From IMG/VR virus record IMGVR_UViG_2879742664_000006: a DNA stretch of 33,145 nt. One strand, written 5' to 3'. The notes under the pieces are model-generated. The model searched no databases. It worked only from the letters and a program-made list of their open reading frames with translations, and had not been told where the DNA came from. Of this stretch, positions 20,238 through 30,900 are shown piece by piece. Within the stretch, counting starts at the first letter, position 1; the number at the start of each line of letters is the position of its first letter. Origin of the DNA: a virus (taxonomy: Duplodnaviria; Heunggongvirae; Uroviricota; Caudoviricetes). The position numbers and the translations under genes were made by a program.

Positions 20238-20837
20238 GTGCTGATTGGCTATGTAAGGGTATCAACAAATGACCAGAATACAGACCTGCAACGAAACGCT
20301 CTTGTTTGTGCAGGATGTGAACAAATATTTGAAGATAAATTAAGCGGGACAAAGACAGACCGACCGGGATTAAAACGCGCTTTAAAGCGCCTTCAAAAAG
20401 GTGACACGCTGGTTGTCTGGAAACTGGATCGCCTCGGGCGAAGCATGAAACATCTGATTTCTCTCGTCGGGGAACTACGGGAGCGAGGGATTAATTTTCG
20501 CAGTCTGACCGACAGCATAGACACATCTTCTCCAATGGGGCGTTTTTTCTTCCACGTGATGGGTGCCCTGGCTGAAATGGAACGTGAATTAATTGTTGAA
20601 CGTACACTGGCCGGGCTGGCGGCAGCGCGCGCAAGGGGGCGCACAGGCGGACGTCGACCGAAGCTGACAAAAGAACAGCATGAGCAAATAGCAAGGCTAA
20701 TCAAAAACGGGCACGACAGAAAACAACTGGCAATAATTTACGGCATTGGCACATCGACGATTTATCGTTATCACCCTGTAGGCGATATACAGACTGAAGA
20801 AACAACCGGGCAGACTCAGGAAAATGAAAACCGCTAA
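20238..20837 (+). CDS. Serine DNA invertase of the Pin/Gin/Cin/Hin family
   Basis: MLIGYVRVSTNDQNTDLQRNALVCAGCEQIFEDKLSGTKTDRPGLKRALKRL... (catalytic Ser in VRVSTNDQ), C-terminal HTH; GTG start inferred at 20238 inside track ORF 20220..20837. Confidence 0.9.
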   Translation: MLIGYVRVSTNDQNTDLQRNALVCAGCEQIFEDKLSGTKTDRPGLKRALKRLQKGDTLVVWKLDRLGRSMKHLISLVGELRERGINFRSLTDSIDTSSPMGRFFFHVMGALAEMERELIVERTLAGLAAARARGRTGGRRPKLTKEQHEQIARLIKNGHDRKQLAIIYGIGTSTIYRYHPVGDIQTEETTGQTQENENR

Positions 20838-20858
20838 TCTGACCATTAGCGGTTTTTG
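20827..20858. terminator. Rho-independent terminator hairpin shared by invertase (+) and gpU (-)
   Basis: aaaaccgctaat-ctgacc-attagcggttttt; includes the invertase stop codon. Confidence 0.55.
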
Positions 20859-20865
20859 TGTTAAA

Positions 20866-21360
20866 TCAGAACAGCCCTTTAACTGAACTGGCCGCGCTGT
20901 TAAGAGATGATGTCACCTTATCTTTGAAGCCGGACAGCATATCACTGAACGATGAGGATTGCAGGCGCTCCCGCAAATCCTCATCACAGCGTTCAAGAGT
21001 CAGTGAAAATTCTATCTTTTTCGCCTTACCGTAGCGATCAAACTCGGAGCGGGTCGTATTCGTTTCAGTCAGGACATACATGCCGTAAATCTGCCCGACG
21101 CCATCAATCAAAGGCCAGGGTCGTCCTGTATACGCCTGCGTAGTCAGCAGCGACAGCGACACTTCGCCACCTGTAATTTCAGGATAAAGCACACCAGAAA
21201 GAACGATGCGATCATCACCTGCACCGATATACTGCCAGCTTGCTGAACGGTTAACGCGTTCATTTTTCACATGCCGCCAGCTTTTGTTTTGCTGTAACTG
21301 CTGATGCGGCAGCGTGCGCAGCTCAAAAACAAACATGCCGTAGATCATCATCATGGCCAT
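20866..21360 (-). CDS. U: P2 gpU-like tail protein
   Basis: 164-aa MAMMMIYGMFVFELRTLPHQQLQQNKSWRH...; immediately downstream of the tape measure gene on the minus strand. Confidence 0.85.
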   Translation of the reverse strand: MAMMMIYGMFVFELRTLPHQQLQQNKSWRHVKNERVNRSASWQYIGAGDDRIVLSGVLYPEITGGEVSLSLLTTQAYTGRPWPLIDGVGQIYGMYVLTETNTTRSEFDRYGKAKKIEFSLTLERCDEDLRERLQSSSFSDMLSGFKDKVTSSLNSAASSVKGLF

Positions 21361-21366
21361 GACTCC

Positions 21367-24174
21367 TCAATCTTTATCGTAAAAACAGCCACGCCCGGCA
21401 CGGGCGCGCCGTTCCATTTCTGCCCTGACCATTTCACCGACCAGTTTCGCCAGTTCGCGGGGATTCTGCGTAACAACGTTATGCAGATGAACATGAATTT
21501 CACCACCAAATCCGAAGGCAACAGGCTCCCGGTTACGGGAAGTTACAGGAACTGATGCCACTGGAGATCGTATAGCCTCCGCCACCGGGCGGGAGCTGGC
21601 CGCAACAACAGGGACCAGCGCCGGAGGCAGCGGAGCCGGAACCACGGGTGTGATATTAATTGCGGGGGCAGGCTTACTGACCTGCGCAATCTTCCGCTCC
21701 TGCCACTCCCCACGAACAGCAAGTGCTCGGGGCAGGTTTTTAAAGACAATATCGCCGGGGCCAATGCGTTTTTTCGTCTCCTCAACCAGCTTACCTGTGT
21801 TATCAGCAATTTTGCTGAGTCTGCGCAGCGTACCGGTATTGCTGTCTGTGAGCGGTTTATTGTCTTTGGGGTTATCACCTCCGGTGCCATTGCCATTTTC
21901 CACAGGCTTCGGCGGATTGATTTTCGCCAGATCCCCCTGAAGCAAGGCAACCTTGTCCTGAAGAATGGCCGCACGCTGTGCGTCTTCGATTTTCTTGCGC
22001 GCCCTTTCCGCTTCATCCGGAAGCACACCAAGCTTTTCAAGTATCCACGCCAGCGTATCCAGCAACATTTTTGCAGGTGTCAGAACAAGTTGTAACGCAC
22101 CGCCAAGAACGTTACCGAATATCTCGCCAGCACTGGTACATTTATCCAGAGTTTCCTTGCTGGACTCCATCGGTGACAGCAGCGATTTAAACCAGTTAAA
22201 CACCTGGCTGATCCCACTCCCGATTGCGTCAAAAACAGGACCAAACCGTTCAAAGGTTTCGCGCAACGGGGTCAGCCTTTCCATAATCCCGCTGAACACC
22301 CCGGCAAAAAATGCCCTGATGGGATCCCAGTATTTCCAGATAAGAACGGCAGCTCCGGCAAGCGCAGCCACGATAAGACCAACCGGACTGAACAACGCCC
22401 CGATAGCGCCTCCCAGTAAAGAAACGGAACCCGTCACCATTCCCCATAGTGCTGGCAGAACCCTGACAGCATTCATTGATCCGGTCAGGAGGGAAAAACC
22501 AAGACGCAGTTTTGCCAGCGGGCCAGCAAGCACACCAATAGCCAGCGACAACGAGCCAACCGTTGCAGTCATTGCCAGCAATGCACCGCCTGCAATCAGT
22601 AGCTGGCGCGTCAGTGCGGGATGGGCCTGCGCCAGCGCCGTCACCTTTGATACCACACGCGTGAGCCACTGCGTGACAGAACGCAGCGGACCGTCAATCA
22701 GATCTGCAATGCGGATGCGCAACCCTTCCCATGCACTGCTGAGTGATTTCAGATCGCCGTCAAGGTTGTTGGCCATAACCTTTGCCGTGCGTTCAGCCTC
22801 ACCGCGCGCGCCTTCAAGTTCTTTTCTCAGTTTGGGTAAGGAGCCGTCACCTGCCGCATCAACGAGGGCCATAAATGATGTGAAAGCCTCTTCTCCGGCA
22901 ATGTCCTTAAAGAACGATACCCGGTCAACTTCCCCGTATTTGCGGGTAGCTTTATAAAGGTCAGCCAGCACATCCTCCATCGGGCGCATTTTGCCCCCGG
23001 CATCCGAGACAGACACGCCAAGCTCTTTCAGCGCCTCTGCTGCCGCCTTTGGCGGTGATGCCAGACGAGCCAGGCTGGCACGCATTGCCGTACCAGCATC
23101 ACTCCCCCTGATACCCATATTCGCCAGCACGCCCGCCATCGCTGCGGCCTGCTCCAGAGATATTCCCAGCTTACCCGCCACCGGACCTGCATATTTCATG
23201 GTTTCACCCAGTGCGCGAAGGTCAGTGTTGGTACGGGTAAACGCTGCGGTGAGTGTGTCGCCGACCCGGTCCATCTGGTCAGCAGAAAGACCGAACTGCG
23301 TCAGAATATTTGAGCCAATATCCGCCGTCTCACCGAGGTCCATACCGCCAGCCGTTGCCATGCTCAGTACGCCAGGGAGCGCAGCCTGAATGGCCTGTGG
23401 TGTAAAGCCAGCCATTGCAAGAAATGCCTGTCCACTGGCGGCATCGCCTGCGGTGAACTGCGTTTCAGAGCCAAGTTTTAACGCCTGCTCACGCAGCGCC
23501 TTAAACTGCGGGCTGTTCTGGTCGATTCGCGTCAGTGCCTGAACGCGGGACATCTCTTTGCCGAACCCGATCGCAGGCTGCAAAAAACGCCCGGCAGCAT
23601 AGCCGCCCGCCGCTGCCGCACCAATTGCCAGCGCACCACCTGTTTTCAGTTTTCCCGCTGTTTCCTGCGCGCGCGAATACCGCTCACGCGCCCGTGTTAC
23701 ACGCGCAAGCGCCTGCCGTTCGCGTTCAAGCTGGTTGTTGTACTGTTCGGTGCGTCTGATGGCCTGCTGGATGGTGTTATCGCTGCCTGTCAGGGAAATG
23801 CCGTGGCGTTTCAGCTCTCCGCCAAGCTCCCGCATTTTCTGAATTTCCCGTGTGCGCGATTCATTCAGGCGTTCAAGCCGGGTGCTTAACTGCTGCATCA
23901 GCTTTTGTTGTTTTTCGCTGAGCACTGTACCCGTGCGTTGTAACTGATTAAGGGCGTTAAGCTGGCGTCGTGCTTTCACGATGCCAGCATCCGCTTTACT
24001 GACAGCGTCACGGGCGCGCTCAAATGATCGCGCCTGACGCTCGAGATTTTTGATCGCCCCCTGCGTTCGCTGGATGGAGTCACCAAACTGCCCCATCAGG
24101 CGGCGGGCGTTTTCGGCAGGCCGGGTCAGCCTGTCAACGGCGCTGAAAGCGACCCGGATATCAAGAGTCTTCAT
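21367..24174 (-). CDS. T: Tail tape measure protein (P2 gpT-like)
   Basis: ~935-aa ORF, coiled-coil N-terminal third, Gly/Ala-rich hydrophobic middle; start placed at the Met of MKTLDIRV (RBS ggga); track ORF extends to 24210. Confidence 0.9.
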   Translation of the reverse strand: MKTLDIRVAFSAVDRLTRPAENARRLMGQFGDSIQRTQGAIKNLERQARSFERARDAVSKADAGIVKARRQLNALNQLQRTGTVLSEKQQKLMQQLSTRLERLNESRTREIQKMRELGGELKRHGISLTGSDNTIQQAIRRTEQYNNQLERERQALARVTRARERYSRAQETAGKLKTGGALAIGAAAAGGYAAGRFLQPAIGFGKEMSRVQALTRIDQNSPQFKALREQALKLGSETQFTAGDAASGQAFLAMAGFTPQAIQAALPGVLSMATAGGMDLGETADIGSNILTQFGLSADQMDRVGDTLTAAFTRTNTDLRALGETMKYAGPVAGKLGISLEQAAAMAGVLANMGIRGSDAGTAMRASLARLASPPKAAAEALKELGVSVSDAGGKMRPMEDVLADLYKATRKYGEVDRVSFFKDIAGEEAFTSFMALVDAAGDGSLPKLRKELEGARGEAERTAKVMANNLDGDLKSLSSAWEGLRIRIADLIDGPLRSVTQWLTRVVSKVTALAQAHPALTRQLLIAGGALLAMTATVGSLSLAIGVLAGPLAKLRLGFSLLTGSMNAVRVLPALWGMVTGSVSLLGGAIGALFSPVGLIVAALAGAAVLIWKYWDPIRAFFAGVFSGIMERLTPLRETFERFGPVFDAIGSGISQVFNWFKSLLSPMESSKETLDKCTSAGEIFGNVLGGALQLVLTPAKMLLDTLAWILEKLGVLPDEAERARKKIEDAQRAAILQDKVALLQGDLAKINPPKPVENGNGTGGDNPKDNKPLTDSNTGTLRRLSKIADNTGKLVEETKKRIGPGDIVFKNLPRALAVRGEWQERKIAQVSKPAPAINITPVVPAPLPPALVPVVAASSRPVAEAIRSPVASVPVTSRNREPVAFGFGGEIHVHLHNVVTQNPRELAKLVGEMVRAEMERRARAGRGCFYDKD

Positions 24175-24211
24175 TGTCTGCATTCCCGCTACGAAGTGCC
24201 GCCCGCTCACG

Positions 24212-24699
24212 TCAGCTAACCACTTCGCCGGGCGTCATCATGAAGATTTCGGCGGGCGACCAGTTAAAAATGGCGGCAATATCCGCCACCAGATCTTCGA
24301 TGTGCTCAAAGCACACCAGGGTGATTACGCTGCCGTCTCCTGCACGCTCTTCGCGCCAGAGTCTGGCTCGCTCATAAAATTTACAGCCACAGCGCACAAC
24401 TGAATAAAATCGCGTGACGACATTTTTTTAATCATCACTTCATCCAGTCGTGGCGAGGTCACGCGAGGCAACAGCGTGAACATGGTATCCGCTTTCAGAT
24501 TCAGCACATCAGACAGCGACAGACCACGCAGGGATCCAGCCTGCTCAATAGCCCCGGTGATCTCCACATACGTGATTTTTTCGCCACCACGCTCAATTGG
24601 TCGGGTCAGTTTTACGCCACGTTCGACAGCCATATCCTCAACTGCCGTCACATTATCCGCCACGGTGTTATTCCGGGTTTCAGTATCGATGTCTTTCAT
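24212..24699 (-). CDS. gpE+E'-like frameshift product (programmed -1 frameshift, putative)
   Basis: A -1 frame (...KFYERARLWREERAGDGSVITL...PGEVVS*) is open from a slippery-like heptamer A_AAT_TTT (plus-strand 24375-24381) in E through to a stop at 24212, 2 nt before the T start, the conserved chaperone arrangement. Confidence 0.55.
24325..24699 (-). CDS. E: Tail assembly chaperone gpE-like
   Basis: 124-aa ORF with strong RBS aaggaga 7 nt before ATG 24699; lies between tail tube and tape measure genes. Confidence 0.75.
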   Translation of the reverse strand: MKDIDTETRNNTVADNVTAVEDMAVERGVKLTRPIERGGEKITYVEITGAIEQAGSLRGLSLSDVLNLKADTMFTLLPRVTSPRLDEVMIKKMSSRDFIQLCAVAVNFMSEPDSGAKSVQETAA

Positions 24700-24754
24700 C
24701 TGTTGTCTCCTTTTCAGTCAGAGGCGACGCACTGCGCCGCCAGCATATTACTTA

Positions 24755-25265
24755 TCAGCCAAGCCCAAGCGCGGAACGGATGCGATCGGGCACAATGTCC
24801 TTGCCGTCCTTCCGGTAAATGAAGTTCAGCAGGTCAATCTCCCACAACGGGCGATCGTTAACACTCAGCTTGTAGTAGGTGTTTTAATGGCGTAAGTGTG
24901 TGATGTGGCTTCGCCCTGTTTGGCTTCCCCCATATCAATTTCCGTCACACGTCCGCGCATTTCGACTTCATACAGGTCGCTTTCTGCATCGGTGTAGTAT
25001 TCACCCGCAAAACGCAGCAGCGTGCCGTCAATCGTGCCGCCATACTTAAGGAACAGCTCACGAACTGCGCCCCCATGACAAAGCTCGCATCAAGCGCGGA
25101 GTCGTCCAGACCGAGATCAATACTTACCGCACCCATCATGCCACCACCCCGGTAGCTGTCGGTTTTGCGCGTCAGCTTAGGCAGAGTGACGGACGTCACA
25201 TTACCCACTTCGTTTTCACCATCCACAAACAGCGTAAAAAAGCGAAGATGTTTTGGCACAGCCAT
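24755..25265 (-). pseudogene. FII: P2 gpFII-like tail tube protein with two 1-bp frameshifts as sequenced
   Basis: N-terminal part in track ORF 24945..25265 (MAVPKHLRFFTLFVDGENEVGNVTSVTLPKLTRKTDSYRGGG...); tube-like sequence continues in two other frames (...GGAVRELFLKYGGTIDGTLLRFAGEYY..., then ...YYKLSVNDRPLWEIDLLNFIYRKDGKDIVPDRIRSALGLG*). Frame changes at a C5 run (25070-25074) and a T4 run (24883-24886). Confidence 0.8.
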
Positions 25266-26449
25266 CAGGCACCTCCCAGCACCGCAAATGCGGGTTCAAA
25301 GTATTCATCAGTAAACGTCTGGTAAAGCTCCATGTCTTCCAGTGGCGGAACGGGCGTATATTTGTAGCGAATACGCACACGTCCCTGACGTAAATCCGTG
25401 GTGCTGTTATCCACCACGTCATACCAGCACTCCGCGCCAATCAGTTTCCCGGCAGTCACCAGTGAATCCAGTTTTGCCCTGATGGCACTGATAACATCCT
25501 TCACATTCGCAGGCGTCAGTGGACTGTCGATGGTTTCAAACTGCGCTTCCGCAATTGAATCAGCCAGCACCTGTGCGGTTCGGGTATACACCTCAAAGAT
25601 GTAGGCGTTCGTTTCCGGTGTGCGGTTACCCCAGAAGCGGAACCCGTTGCGACGAATAATGGTCGTGATTTCTTTGTTGTTGAGGCTGTTGGCATCGCTG
25701 TCTTCGGCCTGCAACGACCAGAACACATGCCTCGACATCCCCAGCACATTTTTAACCGGAACGTTGGACAGCGATTTGTGCCATCCCTGTTCATGGTCAA
25801 TGTACGCACGAAGGCCGCACGCATAGGCAGGCGCGGGGAACGTTTCGTTTTTGCCATTTTTCGGGTTGTAGGCGATGAAGTCCGGCCATAAGAGCATCAC
25901 CTCACGTTCGTTGAATTTCTGGCGGTAGGTAATTGCCTCGGCCATCGTGTTACAGCCATGACATGAGGCATACACAAACGCGCGCAGTTTATCTGCAATC
26001 ACGCACAGGGATTTTGTTACCGCCTCCGTGTCCAGCTCCGGCGCGGCCAGAATACGCGGACGGTATCCGATGCTTTCATCCTGCTCTGCAACAAGCAGCG
26101 CATACATCCCCGTATAGCTGCCGTCATCCTCAGAACCACCGATAACCAGTTGATCCTGCGTCTTTCCGTCTTCTTCTTTGTGTTCAGCCACGCGAACGAC
26201 GATCACCTTTGTGCTCACCTGGTCTGCGATGGCCTTAAGCGCACGATAAAGCGTCCCCGTTGTCCCGCATTTTCCCAGCACGTCATTGACGCGGGTCAGC
26301 AGTGTGGGCTTGTTCAGCGGGAACAGCTTCGCGTCCGCATCATCCGCCGTTGCCACGATACCGATAACGCTGGAATCAACATCGTTAATCGCTGTTACCA
26401 GGTCGGTATTCTCCGTAACACGGGCACCATGAAAACGAGTTTCACTCAT
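25265..26449 (-). CDS. FI: P2 gpFI-like tail sheath protein
   Basis: 394-aa intact ORF; stop overlaps the tail tube start. Confidence 0.9.
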   Translation of the reverse strand: MSETRFHGARVTENTDLVTAINDVDSSVIGIVATADDADAKLFPLNKPTLLTRVNDVLGKCGTTGTLYRALKAIADQVSTKVIVVRVAEHKEEDGKTQDQLVIGGSEDDGSYTGMYALLVAEQDESIGYRPRILAAPELDTEAVTKSLCVIADKLRAFVYASCHGCNTMAEAITYRQKFNEREVMLLWPDFIAYNPKNGKNETFPAPAYACGLRAYIDHEQGWHKSLSNVPVKNVLGMSRHVFWSLQAEDSDANSLNNKEITTIIRRNGFRFWGNRTPETNAYIFEVYTRTAQVLADSIAEAQFETIDSPLTPANVKDVISAIRAKLDSLVTAGKLIGAECWYDVVDNSTTDLRQGRVRIRYKYTPVPPLEDMELYQTFTDEYFEPAFAVLGGA

Positions 26450-26606
26450 AGCTTCAGCCCCTTGTATCCGTTAAATGATTCAGCAACAATCATCACCCAC
26501 CACGCGCGTAATCTCACCCCTGCGCCGTTCTCCCGCCACGGCGACAACAAAAAGCAGTAACCCCCTCCGCACGCACATGCGACCATGCCGCACAGGGAGG
26601 GAGCAG

Positions 26607-27716
26607 ATGACCGACACCACCATGCAATTGCTCAGTCAGGGCACGGCCCCCGTGAAAATGCCGGATTTTGATATTCTCTCGGAGGGTAAAACGCTGTCAG
26701 GCGTGGCGGAGCGCCTGATGAGCCTGTAACTGACCGACAACCGGGGATTTGAGGCGGACCAGCTCACCATCACGCTGGATGATGCGGATGGTCAGTTGCA
26801 GCTACCGCCACGGGGCGCGCGTCTGACGGTTCTCATTGGCTGGAAAGGGGAACCGCTGACAGAAAAAGGCACTTACATTGTTGATGAAATCGCTCACGAA
26901 GGACCGCCGGACAGGCTGACTGTTTCAGCCAGAAGCGCAGATTTTCGGGATGAATTTAACGTTAAACGTGAGGTGTCCTGGCATGATGTGACCGTTGAGC
27001 GTGTGGTATCCGCCATCACTCATCGGTACGGTCTGAAACCGCAAATCAGCGAAATGCTGATGGATATCGAAATCGACCACGCCGACCAGACCGAAGAAAG
27101 CGACATGTCCTTTCTTACGCGCATGGCGGAAATGCTGGGAGCAATCGCCACGGTAAAAAGCGGCAATCTGTTATTCATCATGCCAGGTGGTGGCGTGAAC
27201 GCACAGGGGCAGCCGTTGCCCTCGTTCGCCATTACACGCAGCAGCGGCGATCGCCATCAGTTCCGCATTGCTGACCGCGAGGCGTATACGGGGGTACGCG
27301 CCTACTGGCTTGATCTTAATTACGGGAAAAAGAAAAAAGTCAGCGTGAAACGCCGCAAACCGCCAAAACCCAAAAAGGAGAAAAGCAGCAGTCGGGAAGG
27401 CGACTATATGGAAGGTGCGGAAGGCAACGTGTTTGTGTTACGCAAGACTTATCAGAACGAGCAGGCAGCAAGACGCGCAGCGGCGGCAAAGTGGCAGCAG
27501 CTACAACGCGGAGCCGCATCATTCTCCATCACGCTGGCGCGTGGTCGTGCAGAACTCTATCCCGAAATGCATGGCACAGTGACAGGCTTTAAAAGCGAGA
27601 TTGATTATCAGGACTGGACTATTGCAAAAGCCGAGCACACCATTGATAACAGCGGCTTTACCACGCAGCTTGAACTTGAAGCAAAAATCCCGGAATGGAT
27701 AGCAGAAACAGAATAA
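26607..27716 (+). pseudogene. D: P2 gpD-like tail protein with an in-frame TAA stop at codon 41 (26727-26729)
   Basis: ATG 26607 with RBS agggaggg; track ORFs 26475..26729 and 26796..27716 are in the same frame, separated only by TAA; D-like sequence reads continuously across it (...GVAERLMSL*LTDNRGFEADQLTITLDDADGQLQLPPRGARLTVLIGWKGEPL...). Confidence 0.8.
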
Positions 27717-27964
27717 ATCTCTTAAAAATATTATTTTTGAGATGTGCTTCTACACTGACAGTAAGAACAAAAGATAATGTATCAGCCCACTAGATGTCAG
27801 AGGTTGGGGCATCAACCAGATGCTAACAATAATACGGATGTTTTTCCCACATGACAGAGGAAGTCAAGTATAATCTTCACAGTCCATCCCGTCCAAGGGA
27901 ATATGACTCAATAGTAAAAGTTCCAGTTTAGTTAGTAGACCCACACTTTATAGAAGAGTAATTC

Positions 27965-30900
27965 ATGATTGGACAATTTTTAAGTGCAACAGAGATTTTA
28001 GCAAAGAACTATGTTCGTAATAAAATGGTTAAAAATCCATTTTATTCGAATTTAAAATGGAATTTTATTGAAAAAAACATCATAAGATTAACATCCTCAC
28101 CGGTTAAATCAGTACTTTGCATATCAGCTTTTTCATTTGTACTACTTTATGTTGGATATTTAAACGAATTATTTATAAAAAATAATCTTTTACATTATTT
28201 CCCGTTTAGGCATTCATTAACCGAATGGCAAACAACCATTTTAAGTGGCCAATTGACAATTATTGGTATTGTATACCCCCTTGTTATAGGTTTAGTAAGT
28301 GTCTTATTCCAAAAAAAGGCAGATAGAAAAATAGCCCAAACTGCTTATCAGCGTTACTCAGGATTCATGCTTGCTGGACTCAGCGGGCTTTTCTTATCAG
28401 GATTTATACTTCTCAGTGTACTAATTAAAACTGTCTTTGGAAGTTATCTTTATGGTATAGCTTGTCTAATCAGCATATTATGGCTTTTGATAAACATAGT
28501 TCTTTCTATTTGGTTCTTTATCGTGAGTCTTGAAATTCTTGATGATGTAAAACGGCAAATAATTATAAAGCGATACATTGCCTTCGAAATAGTAATGCCC
28601 CATATTTGTAACAAAATATCAGCCAAGCTTAGGTTATACCCTATCTATCAAAAACATAACTATTCAAATTTAGAAATCACGCAAGCCGATTACAAAGGAG
28701 AATACATATCTGTGGCTAGCAGTTATTCTAAGGAAGATGAGTTAAGTTTATATCACCGTCCTTTTCAACTTACTCTTAATCTTATTAATTACCAACTAAA
28801 AAAGAAGAATCATTTTGCGTCATTTGTCATTGGTGATAATCGTACAAAAGAAACAGAATCCACGGGTAAGATACTTTTTAGCGTTAAAAATATCAAACCA
28901 GACAGCTTATTAATAAAAATACTTAAGCAATGTTTTTATAGGGCTCCGATTAAAGGAGGAGATTTTTCCGTAAGTCTTACAATGCAGGCTATAACAGCAG
29001 ATACGTATATGTATCTGCGGGATTCTGATCTCATTAGTTTTGACAATGCTATCTCTGCATTAATTAATAACTTTAATAATCTCTGCGATTTGTATTTTTT
29101 TCAAGATGATAATACCAACAATAACTTCTTACTGATCACTACAGAATTATTTGAACGGAGTTTTCAATATGAGTTTTCAGATGAAGTTTATAAAATATCA
29201 AATAATTCCATGGATAAAATTAATCTTTCTGAAAGATTTTTTGAATTATGTCTTTGGAGCGGAGTGCGTATTATCAATAATAGAAAACATCTTATCAGCA
29301 ATGAACTTTGTATCTATATGGGAATTACTCGTTCACAATGGTCAATATTAACAGAATGGTTCCGAAACAACCAATCACTCTTAAATGCCTCGCTTCGTTC
29401 ACGTTATAATCGTATATTAAGAACCTATATCACTGTTTGGGAGCAATATCAAGAAAGCATAAACTTTCGTTTCTGCAATACAGAGAATTCAGATTTATTT
29501 GAATTATTTTGCAAAACGCAACTACAAGAACTTCCATCGATGATTATTGATGCAACACAGACTCGCGATCCTTCTACTATTGATACAGCCGTCGATCTTA
29601 TTAACCGATGGCAGCACTCAATGAATATTGACAGCCATTCGGTAGAAAAATACAGTTACAAAGGCCAGCTTTTTAACCCGGGTTTTTTCATATCCAAAAA
29701 ACTAAACTTCAATTCAGACAGAGAGTGGTTCAATATTGCCATCATAAATGCGTTGACTGACATGCGTATATGCACATGTCTTTATCTGACATCAAGAATC
29801 AATACTTCTGACAAACTAATGACACATTACATTAAACTTATTTTAGAGGGTAAACTTATTGACCAAACCGGTGGATATGAAACTCCCACTGAAGAAATTG
29901 ATAATGCAAGCCAACTAATCAAGATATTAATTAGAATCTGCCTGTGGACATGGTCTGAAAATATGGAGCACAATGGGTGGATGAATAGTTTAGCAAGGCG
30001 TTTACGTGACTATGATAAAACAGACATGGTGATGGGCAGAGTTTACAGTAATGTTTTTGACTGTGGATTTATTGATATGGAACAATCATGGGTTCAGCTA
30101 TTATTAATTTTTTCTAACAAGAACGATAGCGTATCAAAAGAAATAAAAGAAGCAATAGAAAACAACTATATAACATATCGTGAGAAGCAACGACTCATTG
30201 GAGTATTATCAAAAATTTGTAACTCCATCGAATACACTAAAATCAAGCTGACTTTAACATTGGACGATCTCCAAACAAAAAAAGAAAACTTAAGAAAGTT
30301 GCTTCAAGAGCATATTAACATGCTAAAGAAAGATCTTGATATGAGACTTCAGGATGCTGCCATAGATGTACATCGACTAGATAGCACTGCACGTAAAACA
30401 TCAGAACATCTTCGTAAACGCATCAAGAAAACGCTCCCTCTTTCACTTTTCAAATCTATTGATTTTAAGCAGGCTAGCGATTGTTTCACAAAACATAAGA
30501 TATCTATTAAGATAGATAAAGAACCGTATGCCGAAGGAATAGAATCCATCCCTTATATCAATGAAGGTGATATTCAAGCAGACTTAATTCTCAAGGACAT
30601 CCAGAGAATAATACTTTCAAATTTATTTAGCACTGGCTGTTCGCAACATACCGTAATAGAAGATTTCAATATGTTGATTGATCACATAAAATCATCTGCT
30701 GACTTGGCTGGCAAACTGGTTCTTGTGATGAGTAAAGAGATCTTTCAGCAATATAATCGTATGCTTTTCGATAATCCCAACCTCAGAGAACTAATGAGAA
30801 AAAATGATGATGGCTCTATGAACATAACTACTGAATCCGGTACCCGTAAGGTTTACTTCTTACCATTTGTTAATCAACCATTTTCTCTTGTGGTAAAGGA

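Noticed and set aside
21965-22957. 330-aa plus-strand ORF (and other plus-strand ORFs 21650-24403)
   Set aside because: Antisense to the tape measure gene; Ser/Ala/Pro-rich low-complexity translation typical of reverse-strand reading of a GC-rich gene.
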